Below, in pieces: positions 42,481 through 52,310 of a DNA stretch of 64,000 bases. The notes beneath the pieces were generated by a model. That model was not told where the DNA came from, did not search any database, and was given only the letters and a program-made list of their open reading frames with translations. Source of the DNA: an uncultured Holophagales bacterium (lineage in GTDB: Bacteria > Acidobacteriota > Thermoanaerobaculia > Multivoradales > UBA5704); NCBI GenBank assembly GCA_963842525.1, contig CAWJGT010000009.1:960001-1024000 (forward strand), given 5' to 3'. The position numbers were made by a program, and so were the translations under genes. Every line of letters begins with the position of its first letter. Positions within the stretch are counted from its first letter, which is position 1.

Positions 42481-44592
42481 ATGGAGACGCATTTCGAATC
42501 GAGGACAGCGGTTACCGACGTCAGCACGACCGCCAGAGCACTCGAGCTCCTCCGCCTTGGGACGGGCCTTCAGCAAGCCAACTTTCGTGAAGGTCAAGAG
42601 GAAGCGATTCGTCATGTCGTAGAAGGTCGTGGCCGGCTGCTGGTGGTGCAGAAAACCGGCTGGGGCAAGAGCTTCGTTTACTTCATTGCCACCAAGCTGC
42701 TGCGCGAAGCAGGAGCAGGACCGGCGCTGCTCGTTTCGCCCTTGCTGGCGTTGATGCGCAACCAGATCGCGGCGGCCGAGCGGATGGGAGCGCGGGCGGT
42801 CACCATCAATTCCGACAATCAGGACGATTGGGCCGCCGTCGAGGAGGCGGTCCAACGCGACGAGGTGGATATCCTTCTCATCTCACCCGAGCGATTGGCC
42901 AACGAGCGCTTTCGGAATGAGGTGCTGGCAGGCATCGCGGGGAGGATCTCCTTGCTGGTGATCGACGAAGCGCACTGCATCTCGGATTGGGGGCACGATT
43001 TCCGGCCCCACTATCGTCTCCTGGAGCGCATTGTCCGCACGTTACCCACGAACCTGCGGCTGCTCGCTACGACGGCCACGGCGAACAACCGGGTGATGGA
43101 CGATCTGCAGAACGTGCTCGGGCCGAATCTCGCCGTCTCCCACGGCGATCTGCACCGGCCGTCGCTCGTGCTCCAGACGATTCGCCTGCCGAGCCAGGCG
43201 GAGCGTCTGGCTTGGCTGGCCGGGCAGTTGGCCATGCTGCCGGGCCACGGGATCATCTACACCTTGACGGTCCGCGATGCGGTCCAGGTGGCGGAGTGGC
43301 TCCGGTCCCGCGGCTTCAACGTGGCTTCCTATACGGGGGAGACAGGCGAAGAACGGCCCAGGCTGGAGCAGGCTTTGCTGGACAATCAAGTCAAGGCGCT
43401 GGTGGCCACGACGGCGCTGGGCATGGGGTTCGACAAGCCCGACCTGGCCTTCGTGATCCATTACCAGGCTCCAGGTTCGGTGGTGGCCTATTACCAGCAG
43501 GTCGGGAGGGCGGGCCGGGCCATCAAAGCGGCTTACGGGATATTGCTCAGCGGGGTCGAAGAGAAGGATATCATCGACTACTTCATCGATAGTGCGTTTC
43601 CGACGCGCGCTGAAGCCTCCAGTGTCATCGCAGCCCTGGAAGCGGCGCCAGAAGGCCTTTCGATTCCCGAGCTGCTGGGAAAAATCAATCTCAGCTATGG
43701 CCGTATCGAGAAGACCCTTGCTCTGTTGTCGCTGGAATCTCCGGCGCCGATCGTCAAACAGGGCACGAAGTGGCGGTTGACAGCGGTGAATCTGAGTGAG
43801 GCGTTCTGGCAGCGAGCGGAGCGGCTGACCGATGTACGGCGCGCCGAGCATCGGCAGATGCAGGATTATGTGAGCCTGACCTCGGGACATATGGAATTTC
43901 TCATCCGGGCGCTGGATGGGGATCCGGGCACGATCGGCCCGCCCGCGTTACCGCCGCTGCCGACGATCGCAGACCCTGCGCTGGTGCGTGAGGCCCTTAT
44001 GTTTCTTCGCCGGACCAGCTTGCCGATCGAGCCGCGCAAGGCGTGGCCGCAAGGAGGAATGCCCCGGTACGGGCTCAAAGGCAAAATTCCTGAGGGGCTT
44101 CAGGCACAGCCCGGCAAGGTGCTCTGCGTCTGGGGGGATGCCGGATGGGGTGGTCTGGTGCGCCATGGCAAATATCGGGACCGGTGCTTTGCCGATGAGC
44201 TGGTAGAAGCCTGTGCCAATCTGGTCCGAGAGTGGAGCCCGCAACCCCCGCCCGTCTGGGTGGCGTGCATTCCGTCCCTTCGATTCCCTGATCTGGTGCC
44301 GGACTTTGCCCGACGGCTGGCTGCGGCTTTGCAACTACCTTTTCATATGATTTTGGAGAAGACGGATGCCCGGCCGGAACAGAAGGCCATGGCCAACAGC
44401 ACCCAGCAGGCGCGCAACATCGACGGTTCCCTGGCGATCTGTGCTGAGCCGCTTCCCTCCGGCCCGGTCCTGCTCGTGGATGACATGGTGGACTCGCGTT
44501 GGACGTTGACGGTTGCGGCCTGGTTGCTGCGCTCCAACGGCAGCGGAGAGGTGTTCCCCTTGGCTCTTGCTCTGGCAGGACATGAAAAATGA
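42481..44592 (+). CDS. RecQ-like helicase with a C-terminal phosphoribosyltransferase domain (RqlH-like)
   Basis: [55 protein letters not shown]; PRTase loop [13 protein letters not shown]. Start uncertain. Confidence 0.9.
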   Translation: METHFESRTAVTDVSTTARALELLRLGTGLQQANFREGQEEAIRHVVEGRGRLLVVQKTGWGKSFVYFIATKLLREAGAGPALLVSPLLALMRNQIAAAERMGARAVTINSDNQDDWAAVEEAVQRDEVDILLISPERLANERFRNEVLAGIAGRISLLVIDEAHCISDWGHDFRPHYRLLERIVRTLPTNLRLLATTATANNRVMDDLQNVLGPNLAVSHGDLHRPSLVLQTIRLPSQAERLAWLAGQLAMLPGHGIIYTLTVRDAVQVAEWLRSRGFNVASYTGETGEERPRLEQALLDNQVKALVATTALGMGFDKPDLAFVIHYQAPGSVVAYYQQVGRAGRAIKAAYGILLSGVEEKDIIDYFIDSAFPTRAEASSVIAALEAAPEGLSIPELLGKINLSYGRIEKTLALLSLESPAPIVKQGTKWRLTAVNLSEAFWQRAERLTDVRRAEHRQMQDYVSLTSGHMEFLIRALDGDPGTIGPPALPPLPTIADPALVREALMFLRRTSLPIEPRKAWPQGGMPRYGLKGKIPEGLQAQPGKVLCVWGDAGWGGLVRHGKYRDRCFADELVEACANLVREWSPQPPPVWVACIPSLRFPDLVPDFARRLAAALQLPFHMILEKTDARPEQKAMANSTQQARNIDGSLAICAEPLPSGPVLLVDDMVDSRWTLTVAAWLLRSNGSGEVFPLALALAGHEK

Positions 44593-45578
44593 GCATTTCA
44601 CTTTCTCCCAATACGCAGGCAATCCTGTTGCTGACGGCGCCGCTCATTGCGGGGCGCAATGAGCCTTCAGCCGATCTATTGACCCCGAGCGAGTACAAGC
44701 AGTTGGCGCGATTCCTCCGCGAAGAGCAACAGCAGCCGGCCGATCTGCTCGAGCTCGATGTATGGAAGCTGCTTGAGGAGCGGCAACGGCTTGTCGACTG
44801 CGACCGCCTCAAGCGCCTGCTGGCTCGCGGTTTTCTCCTGAGCCAGGCGATCGAGCGCTGGCAGGCACGATCGATCTGGGTCCTGAGCCGCGCCGATGCC
44901 GAGTATCCGAAGCGATTGAAAATGCGTCTCAAGGAGGACGCGCCTCCAGTTCTCTACGGCTGCGGGGACGCCGCGATCCTGGAGTCGGGCGGGTTGGCCG
45001 TCGTGGGCTCACGGCATGTGGATGAGGAGCTGATTGCCCAGACCGAAGACGTCGGCCGGCTTGCCGCCCGGGCGCGGCGTACCCTGGTCTCCGGCGGTGC
45101 GCGCGGTATCGACCAGGCCGCCATGCGCGGCGCGCTGGAAGCCGGCGGCCGGGTGACGGCGGTCCTGGCCGACAGCTTGGAACGGGCAGCCCTGAACCGC
45201 GGGCACCGGAGCTTCCTGATGGATGGTCAACTGGTCCTGATTTCGCCTTATGATCCCACGGCCGGTTTCAATGTGGGGCATGCCATGCAGCGGAACAAGC
45301 TGATCTATGCACTGGCAGATGCGGCGCTCGTCGTCAGCTCGGACTATGAAAAGGGCGGAACCTGGGCTGGTGCCGTCGAGCAACTCGACAAGCTGCGGCT
45401 CGTACCGGTCTACGTCCGTTCCAACGGGCAGACCAGCAAGGGGCTGGAGGCCCTCCAGAAAAAGGGTGCATTGCCCTGGCCCGATCCAGGGACTCCAGAA
45501 GCCTTGTCCGAGGTGCTCGCGGCGGAGGTGAGCCCGGGGCAGGACGCACCCAGCCAAGGCCACCTCTTTTCCTCCTGA
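44589..45578 (+). CDS. DprA/Smf family protein (RqlI-like)
   Basis: [49 protein letters not shown]; ATGA overlap with the helicase. Confidence 0.9.
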   Translation: MSISLSPNTQAILLLTAPLIAGRNEPSADLLTPSEYKQLARFLREEQQQPADLLELDVWKLLEERQRLVDCDRLKRLLARGFLLSQAIERWQARSIWVLSRADAEYPKRLKMRLKEDAPPVLYGCGDAAILESGGLAVVGSRHVDEELIAQTEDVGRLAARARRTLVSGGARGIDQAAMRGALEAGGRVTAVLADSLERAALNRGHRSFLMDGQLVLISPYDPTAGFNVGHAMQRNKLIYALADAALVVSSDYEKGGTWAGAVEQLDKLRLVPVYVRSNGQTSKGLEALQKKGALPWPDPGTPEALSEVLAAEVSPGQDAPSQGHLFSS

Positions 45579-45789
45579 GCTTTCGAACGGCGAGGCGGCT
45601 CCCGGGCCGCCCCGCCGGGATCACCTCACGGCATCACGTCGAGGGCGTCGACGACGCCCATCGTGCCCGGCCGGCCCTCCGCGAGAGGTCGTGGAACGGT
45701 CAGAAAAGGGTCAAGAAACGGTCAAGGCCGCGGCCCCTGGCCTGATGGTCTGGGAGCGGGGCGGCCGGATCGCCGCGGCGCCGCCGAAT

Positions 45790-46209
45790 TCAGAGCCCTG
45801 CCAGCTCGAGGCACTCCTCGGCGCTCACAATGGCGATCTTCGAGGCCTTGTAGTCGCGCCGATTGCGGGTGACGATGGCTTCGAGATTCCACTCCGCTGC
45901 TGCGAAGTATTGGATCGCGTCCTCGAAATCGGTGAAGGTGGAGGCGAGAGCCAGATCGATGATCTTCTCGTTGACCGTGAGGACGCGGGTGACCAGCCTC
46001 AGTGTCCGGAGAATGGCGATCGCTTCCGCCCCGCCGCTCTCCTTCCGGAGGAGGTAAAAGAGGTTGGCAAAGGCCAGAGAGGAGACGTGTCCCTCCAGGT
46101 GCCCATCCTGAAAGGCAACGAACAGCCGGCTTGCCGAAGGGAAGAAGGGCTGTCGGCCGAGAAGCAGGTCGAGGATGACGTCCGTATCGACCAGGACGCG
46201 CCGGAACAT
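45790..46209 (-). CDS. PIN-domain toxin
   Basis: VLVDTDVILDLL, DFEDAIQY, IVTRNRRDY. Confidence 0.9.
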   Translation of the reverse strand: MFRRVLVDTDVILDLLLGRQPFFPSASRLFVAFQDGHLEGHVSSLAFANLFYLLRKESGGAEAIAILRTLRLVTRVLTVNEKIIDLALASTFTDFEDAIQYFAAAEWNLEAIVTRNRRDYKASKIAIVSAEECLELAGL

Positions 46210-46212
46210 GGC

Positions 46213-46461
46213 TCAGGAGTACTTCTTCCGCAGGTACTCGGTGTACTCCTCTCTGGGTTCACCGGTCTCCCTTCCCTTCAGCACGCCCGCCAACTCGGCC
46301 ACGACGCCTGTCAGCTTCTTCCGAGGCGGCTGCTCCGACTCCGCCAGCCTGAGGAAATAACTCTCGACAACTCTGGACAAGCTCAGGCCTCGGCGTTCGG
46401 CGTAGCGCTTCGCCTGTTCGATGGCCTCCTTGTCGAGCTTGAGCGTGAGCTTTGAGTCCAT
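46213..46461 (-). CDS. DUF6364-like ribbon-helix-helix antitoxin
   Basis: MDSKLTLKLDKEAIEQAKRYA..SLSRVVESYF..YTEYLRKKY; GGAG RBS. Confidence 0.82.
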   Translation of the reverse strand: MDSKLTLKLDKEAIEQAKRYAERRGLSLSRVVESYFLRLAESEQPPRKKLTGVVAELAGVLKGRETGEPREEYTEYLRKKYS

Positions 46462-46483
46462 TGAGCGTCTCCATCCTTGGCGA

Positions 46484-46512
46484 GTACGTACGATTCTATC
46501 GGTAACGTACGT
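46484..46512 (-). promoter_or_regulatory. TA promoter/operator
   Basis: TAGAAT -10 (46493-46498, minus strand) flanked by two CGTACG palindromes (46487-46492 and 46506-46511). Confidence 0.6.
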
Positions 46513-46521
46513 CCAGTGCAA

Positions 46522-48171
46522 TCAATCGCCTGCCTGGAAGCGGGCGATCAGGTGGTCTGCGATCCGGAAGCTGTTGGCCAGGATGGTGAGGGTCGGCGAG
46601 GCGCCACCCGAGGTCGGCAGGAAGCTGCCGTCCACAACGTAGAGGTTGGGCACCTCGTGAGTCCGGCACCAGGGATCGAGCACCGAGGTCCGGGGATCGA
46701 GGCCGGCGCGGCAGGTGCCGTGGACGAGGTAGGACGAGGTGCCGCCCAGGCTCAGGGTCTGGAAGTCCTCGGCCCCCAGGTCGTCGAGGACCTCGCAGGC
46801 CCGCTGGAAGAGCCAGCCGCCCGCGGCCCGGTGGTGGGGCGGCACGTCCAGATGAATGCGCGCGACCGGAAGGCCCCACTTGTCGCGCACCTCGGGGTCG
46901 AGCTCGACGAACGTCCGGTCGTTGGGCAGGAAGTCGTGGAAGGCCTCGAAGAAGACGGCCCGCCGGTCCTGGACCTCCTCGCGCAGGCGCCGCTTGAGCT
47001 CCATCCCCCAGAGCGGCGGACCGGAGCCGGCGATCCGGCCGTAGGCGGCGAGCGGGTTTGCCGGGCTCATGTCAAACCGCAGGACGCCTCCCTTGGGAAA
47101 GTCGCTCACCCCTGCCGGCAGGAAGTAGTGGTCCATGACCGACACGCCCAGGAACGGATGCCAGGGACGCAGGGGTAGGCCGGGGTGGCGGTCGATGCGG
47201 AAGCTCGCCTGCCCCATGGTGACCCCATGGAACTGGAGGTGGCGCCCGACGAGGCCACTGCCGTTCGCCAGGCCGTCCGGGAAGCGGGCGGAGCGCGACA
47301 CGAGGAGCAGGCGCGCCGATTCGATCGCGGAGCAGCAGACGAGCACGACCCGCGCCCGCGCCTCGTGCTCCGCGCCGGAGGCATCGAGATAGACGCAGCC
47401 GGTCGCCCGGCCGTGGCGATCGACGAGGATCTCTTTCGCCATGCACCCCGTGCGGACCTCGCAACGGCCGGTCTGCTCGGCGCGCGGGATCAGCGCCTCC
47501 TGGACGCTCCCCTTGGCGCCCGTGCGGCAGCCGAATCCACCGCAGTTGTCGCAGTAGGCGCAGGCCGGCCGGTCCTGGTAGGGCAGGGAGTTGATCGCCC
47601 GCGGCGTGGGGAAGGGGTGGAGACCCCGCCGCCGGCACGCCTCCTCGATGTGCCGGGCCAGAGGATGGCTGTCGAGCGGCGGCAGGGGATAGGGCGCCGA
47701 GCGCGGCCCTTCGAACGGCGTGGCGCCACCCTGCCCGGCCACGCCCACCTCGCGCTCGGCCCGGACGTAGTAGGGCTCGATGTCGTCATAGCCGAAGGGC
47801 CAGTCGGCGATCTCCTCGTAGGGGCCGAAACGGCTGCGCAGGCGGAAGTCGTCGGGGTGGAAGCGGTAGAGATAGGACCCCATGTGAACCGTGCCGCCGC
47901 CCAGGCAGACGGCGATCCAGCCAAGCTCGGTGGGGATGGGGGTGGTCGTCCTGGGCGTGACGACGGTGTGCGGCTCGTCGGCGAGCCTGGGGACGAACGG
48001 CCGCCGCCGGGCATGCTCGATCTCGTCGGCGGGGTAGTCCTCGCGGCAATAGCGCGGTCCCTTTTCGAGGACCAGGATGTCGAGACCCGCCTGCGCGAGG
48101 GCCAGGGCGAGCGGGCCACCGCCGGCGCCGCTGCCGAGGATCAGGGCATCTCGCGGACCGGCACGCGGCAT
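46522..48171 (-). CDS. GMC family flavoprotein oxidoreductase
   Basis: ILGSGAGG, LEKG, LGGGTVH, WPFGYDDIEPYY, CAYCDNCGGFGC, NGSGLVGR, HGTCRAG, NLYVVDGSFLPTSGG..PTLTILA. Confidence 0.92.
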   Translation of the reverse strand: MPRAGPRDALILGSGAGGGPLALALAQAGLDILVLEKGPRYCREDYPADEIEHARRRPFVPRLADEPHTVVTPRTTTPIPTELGWIAVCLGGGTVHMGSYLYRFHPDDFRLRSRFGPYEEIADWPFGYDDIEPYYVRAEREVGVAGQGGATPFEGPRSAPYPLPPLDSHPLARHIEEACRRRGLHPFPTPRAINSLPYQDRPACAYCDNCGGFGCRTGAKGSVQEALIPRAEQTGRCEVRTGCMAKEILVDRHGRATGCVYLDASGAEHEARARVVLVCCSAIESARLLLVSRSARFPDGLANGSGLVGRHLQFHGVTMGQASFRIDRHPGLPLRPWHPFLGVSVMDHYFLPAGVSDFPKGGVLRFDMSPANPLAAYGRIAGSGPPLWGMELKRRLREEVQDRRAVFFEAFHDFLPNDRTFVELDPEVRDKWGLPVARIHLDVPPHHRAAGGWLFQRACEVLDDLGAEDFQTLSLGGTSSYLVHGTCRAGLDPRTSVLDPWCRTHEVPNLYVVDGSFLPTSGGASPTLTILANSFRIADHLIARFQAGD

Positions 48172-48566
48172 CCGTCGCCTTTCATCTCGTCCGGCGGATA
48201 CCCGAGATAGCTCCATCCCGGGCCGGGAGACCCCGCAAAACCCTCGACGCAGAGGCGGACGAGCCGCGTAAAGAAGTGGCGGAGGGCCGGATCGGGGAGG
48301 GCCTGGAGCCGCCGGAGGACCTCATCCTGCTGCTCCGGGCCTGCCGCGGCAAAGCCGGTCCCGAATGCCGCGCCGGCGACCTCCTCGATGCGATCGAGGC
48401 CGTGGCAGAACAGCGGGTGCCAGCCCAGCAGCCGCTCTTCGTCGAGCGCCGTGGCGACATAGTCAGCGGCTCCGGTCTCCACGGCGCCGGGTCCGTCGTC
48501 CGAGGGCAGGATCCGCCCGGCTGCGGCGGCGAGGGTGCGGCGTTGGAGGTCGGTCAGCTCAGGCAT
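48141..48566 (-). CDS. Gluconate 2-dehydrogenase subunit 3-like partner protein
   Basis: TLAAAAGRILPSDDGPGAVETGAADYV, FAAAGPEQQDEVL, GWSYLGYP; overlaps the GMC gene; no Tat signal seen. Confidence 0.8.
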   Translation of the reverse strand: MPELTDLQRRTLAAAAGRILPSDDGPGAVETGAADYVATALDEERLLGWHPLFCHGLDRIEEVAGAAFGTGFAAAGPEQQDEVLRRLQALPDPALRHFFTRLVRLCVEGFAGSPGPGWSYLGYPPDEMKGDGCRVPVREMP

Positions 48567-48671
48567 TGCTTGGGGGTCAGGTGTCGAGATCACATCACAG
48601 CGACTTTCCAGGGGCAACCCGGGCGGAAGCGGCGGGGTGGTTGGGTCCACCCCGCCGGCAGGACGACGGGC

Positions 48672-48902
48672 TCAGAGGCAATGATGGGGTGGGCAGGGAG
48701 TACAGATAGCGGTCCCGTTGCAGCTCGGGCCAGTGCAGTAATCCACGGTACAGCAGCCACCCGTGATCGACTTCAAGACCTCGTCGTCCAGAGGAGCGGC
48801 GCCGGCCGGATGTGCACCCAGGCTGGCGCGCTCTTCCTCAGTGAGGCTCAAGTAATAGTCCTCGTCTCTCCAGGCGCGGGCTACATCGATGTTTTTCTTC
48901 AT
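48672..48902 (-). CDS. lanA: Class II lanthipeptide precursor (mersacidin/lichenicidin-type leader)
   Basis: Leader MKKNIDVARAWRDEDYYLSLTEEERASLGAHPAG..LKSITGG; core CCTVDYCTGPSCNGTAICTPCPPHHCL; AGGAG RBS; directly downstream of lanM. Confidence 0.92.
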   Translation of the reverse strand: MKKNIDVARAWRDEDYYLSLTEEERASLGAHPAGAAPLDDEVLKSITGGCCTVDYCTGPSCNGTAICTPCPPHHCL

Positions 48903-48966
48903 CTTTCGACTCCTCTCTTCTACACCGCGCGGGAACCGTTCCCGCAACGGATCCGAAATCCGACTG

Positions 48967-51900
48967 TCAACGCGGTCCCTCCAGGATGAGCACGGAGGGT
49001 ACGCGGTGCGGAGCGGCCAGCCGCAGCAGCCCATAACCGATCCCGGCGAGGCCGACCATCAGGCCGGGCGGCTCGGTGCGGCCGGGAATCCCGAACAGCC
49101 AGCCGTGCTCCCGGATGCTCGCCAGAATCCCGCCGGCGATCGCCCCGGACCGCTCCGCCCAGTCCGGCCGCCCCAGGCGCTCCGCCGCCAGGGTCACAAC
49201 CTCCAGGTTGCCCAGGTCCCCATGGCAGAGGCAGTGATTGCGGCCGAAGCCCCTTTCGAGCGTCGATTCGACGGCCGTCTCGATCTCGCCGCGGACAGCG
49301 GGGTCGTCCAGCCAGGGGAGGCCGGCAAGCCGCCCGAGGCCGATGCCGGGCGCGCCGTGGCACCAGGCCCACATGAAATGCGGCTCCGGGGCCCCTTCCA
49401 GGGTGGCCCCCTCCCGCAGGTCGGGCCAGTTGCGCCGTGCAGGATTGTAGAGCGACCGCTCGTATTCGATTCCCTGGAGGGCGGCCTCGCGGAAGCGCTC
49501 GTCGCCGGTCAGCGCGGCCAGGCGGAGCAGCGGCCAGGCGATCCCCGCAACTCCGTGCGAGAGGCCGGCGAGCGGCGTCGGTCCGGCGATCTCCAGAAGC
49601 CAGCCGAGGCCTTGTTCCATAGGAAGGGCGCGCGCCAGGAGCCTCTCGCCGCACTGGACGGCGGTCTCGGCCAGACGGTCCGAGGGGCGGATATCGTGGA
49701 GCGTCAGAAGGCTGATCAGGCAGCCCGCCGCGCCGGCGATCAGGTCGCTGCTCATGTCCTTGGGGATCAGCGGCGGGATCACCTCCAGGGCGATGCGCTC
49801 GGCTTCGGCCTGGAGCGGCTCCTCACCCCATTTCTCACCCCATTTCTCACCCCATAAGGCGCCCAGGTGCGTGAGCGTCCAGACGACGCCGCCCCAACCC
49901 GAGAAGGCGCCGATGCCGGAGCCGAGCTTCTGCCGGATCTGCTCGCGCATCGTGACCACGGAGGCGCGGGCCAGGTCGGTATAGCGCGGCTCGCCCGTGA
50001 GCTCGCCGAGCCAGGCAAGGAACAGGGCGATTCCCGGCAGTCCGAGGTGGAGGTCGAGCCGCGCGGGCTGCAGCACCCAACTCGTCGAGCCAGCCATCTG
50101 CGGCGCGAGCCAGTGTGCGTCCCGCGGGCCGCGCAGCGCCAGGATCTCCAGCCGGTCGCCCACCTCCACGGCCGCCGCCAGGAGATCCTCACGGGACGGG
50201 GGATCGGCCGTGCGGAAGGCGTACTCGGCGTGGTGTCCGGACTGCAGATCGAGCGCCGCCAGCGAGTTGTGAACCAGCCAGGCCTGTCGGATCGTCTCCC
50301 GTTCGTCGAGCCCGGCGAGCCGCCGCACGACCCGTTCCAGGCCGGCGTCGGGCTGCAGGTCCGCGAAGCGCTGGCCGTCCGAGCTCCAGACGTCCCGTGT
50401 GCCGGGCTGGGTGGTGAACATGGGGATGTCCCCGCGCAGCAGGTCGTGGCGTTCGGCCGCGATCAGCCGTTCGGCCACCGGGTGCTCGGCCGCCGCCAGC
50501 CAGAGGCGATCGAGCAGGCGGTCGCGGTCCAGGGCGTCGCCCAGCACATAGGGATGGAAGCTCTCGGAGAACAGGAGGGCATAGGTGCGGGTGGGTCGGA
50601 CGATGACCCGCACCTCGGCCTCCGCGAAGGCCGCGAGCGGCCCGTCCGGCGCGGCCATCTCCTCCCGGTGCTCGCGGAACAGGCGGACCATGCGAGTGAA
50701 GCCGTCGACCACCTCGTCGAGATAGAGGGAGACAGGGGCCGCCTCGCCGCCAAGGGTCGGCAGGTTGTCTCCGGCCGGGATCTCCACCGGCCGGAGCGCG
50801 AAGTGCATCTCGTCCGTGCCCGCATTCTCCGTGCGCAGGACGGGCGGCGTGGTCTGTCCGCTGGTCCCCGCGAGGCCGCTCAGGTCGACCCCCGCGCCGT
50901 CCCTGTCCGCCCAGACGCGGGTGGGGAGAAGGCCGGTGGAGAGGACGGTCTTTTCCAGCACACGGCCGACCCGTGCGTCGTCCAGTTCCCTGCCGAGCTC
51001 ATGCGGCCGGGGCTCGAACAGGGCCTCCAGGTCCACCAGGATCGGATGCTCGCCCGACGCGATCAGGTTCTCCCAGTGGACGTCCGCGGCCTCCAGGAGC
51101 CAGAGCAGGGCCAGGGATCCGCCCTGGCGCCGGTAGAAGCGGCGCACCGCCTCCACATCGGCGCAGGGGCCGGCCACCACGAATTCGATCCAGCCGTAGA
51201 GGCCCTGGTCGAGCAGGCGCAGGGTGCGGAAGCGAGGCTCGAAACCCTTCCGGCCGAGCCATTCCAGGAGGCCCTGGAAGGCGGTCTCGACCCCCAGGGG
51301 CTTCGGCTTGTAGATCAGGCGCAACCCGGAGGCGAAACGGAAAAGGGCCACTGTACGTCCGCCGCGGTGCGAGTCCCCGAGGCCGGTCCGCAGCTCGACC
51401 AGCGCGCCGGGCAAGGTGTCTGTTGCGAAGAGGGCGTGCAGATCCATCCAGTCGGCGGCGAGGCGCTCCAGAAGCTCCCGGCTCACCTCCTGCCAACGGT
51501 CCACCGTTTCGACCGCGGCCCGGGCGAGGACCGGATACTGGCGCAGGATGGCCAGCGCGACCTCCGGGGTCCGCAGGCTCTCGACGAAGCTCTGGAAGCG
51601 CTCCTCGGGCGTCTCGCCGGCGAGACGCCCCTCCTGGCGGGCGAGCTGCAGCTCCAGCACCATCGTTCGGTTCATCACGAGTTGTAGGGAGGAGGGGAGG
51701 TGCGCGGCCAGAAGAGGGCCCGCCGTGGCCGCGTCGAACGGGGCGCCCGGGTGGCGCCTCTCGATCTCACGAATCCTCGCCAGCAGCCGCGAGTACGCGG
51801 TATCGAGGAGAGGCCGGACGGCATGGAGAAAACCGATCGAGGGGCTCTCCGAGGGCACCGGGGGGAACATGTCCGGCGCCGGCCGTCGGAACGCTTCCTC

Positions 51901-52191
51901 CAGGGCCTTCAGCCAGGCAGGGGATGTGGCCTCACGCTCCCGCATTGCCTCCGCCGGTTCGCCCAGGAGGGCGCGGAGCCCGGCCTCGGTCAGGCCGTCG
52001 AGGGCGAGCCGCCGCGCGAAGAAGCCGTCGCGAGGAAAAGGCTCCTGCGCACGCCATCGGGCAAATCGCCTCTCGGCGAGAGCCTCGTCCGTCGCGGCGG
52101 CGTTGCGCGCGGAACGGCCGCACACCGCCGCGCGCTCGCTCAGGGTCAGGGCCCTGTACCAGCCGGACGACGCGAAGACCGATCCATCCAT
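48967..52191 (-). CDS. lanM: Class II lanthipeptide synthetase LanM
   Basis: GDSHRGG, LIYKPK, YGWIEFV, DVHWENLIA, LVDLEALF, RPTRTY, GDIPMF; cyclase GLSHGVAG, WCHGAPG, CLCHGDLG, GLMVGLAG. Confidence 0.95.
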   Translation of the reverse strand: MDGSVFASSGWYRALTLSERAAVCGRSARNAAATDEALAERRFARWRAQEPFPRDGFFARRLALDGLTEAGLRALLGEPAEAMREREATSPAWLKALEEAFRRPAPDMFPPVPSESPSIGFLHAVRPLLDTAYSRLLARIREIERRHPGAPFDAATAGPLLAAHLPSSLQLVMNRTMVLELQLARQEGRLAGETPEERFQSFVESLRTPEVALAILRQYPVLARAAVETVDRWQEVSRELLERLAADWMDLHALFATDTLPGALVELRTGLGDSHRGGRTVALFRFASGLRLIYKPKPLGVETAFQGLLEWLGRKGFEPRFRTLRLLDQGLYGWIEFVVAGPCADVEAVRRFYRRQGGSLALLWLLEAADVHWENLIASGEHPILVDLEALFEPRPHELGRELDDARVGRVLEKTVLSTGLLPTRVWADRDGAGVDLSGLAGTSGQTTPPVLRTENAGTDEMHFALRPVEIPAGDNLPTLGGEAAPVSLYLDEVVDGFTRMVRLFREHREEMAAPDGPLAAFAEAEVRVIVRPTRTYALLFSESFHPYVLGDALDRDRLLDRLWLAAAEHPVAERLIAAERHDLLRGDIPMFTTQPGTRDVWSSDGQRFADLQPDAGLERVVRRLAGLDERETIRQAWLVHNSLAALDLQSGHHAEYAFRTADPPSREDLLAAAVEVGDRLEILALRGPRDAHWLAPQMAGSTSWVLQPARLDLHLGLPGIALFLAWLGELTGEPRYTDLARASVVTMREQIRQKLGSGIGAFSGWGGVVWTLTHLGALWGEKWGEKWGEEPLQAEAERIALEVIPPLIPKDMSSDLIAGAAGCLISLLTLHDIRPSDRLAETAVQCGERLLARALPMEQGLGWLLEIAGPTPLAGLSHGVAGIAWPLLRLAALTGDERFREAALQGIEYERSLYNPARRNWPDLREGATLEGAPEPHFMWAWCHGAPGIGLGRLAGLPWLDDPAVRGEIETAVESTLERGFGRNHCLCHGDLGNLEVVTLAAERLGRPDWAERSGAIAGGILASIREHGWLFGIPGRTEPPGLMVGLAGIGYGLLRLAAPHRVPSVLILEGPR
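49823..49855. repeat. 12-bp in-frame tandem repeat in lanM
   Basis: CTCACCCCATTT about 3 times, encoding WGEKWGEKWGEE. Confidence 0.8.
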
Positions 52192-52310
52192 GCGCGAGGT
52201 AATCCGAGTCGAGGCCCGCGAGAGGGCCTCCTACCCAAAGGAGTGCGCGAGGGTGGGAGGCGAGCCGCGCGGTCTTCCACTATCCTAATCCTAATGGCGG
52301 AGGAGCCTGC

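Noticed and set aside
44589-45578. DprA plus the HhH domain as a natural competence locus
   Set aside because: DprA is coupled to a RecQ-PRTase, the HhH is fused to an eCIS protein 30 kb away, and no comEC or pilus genes are present.
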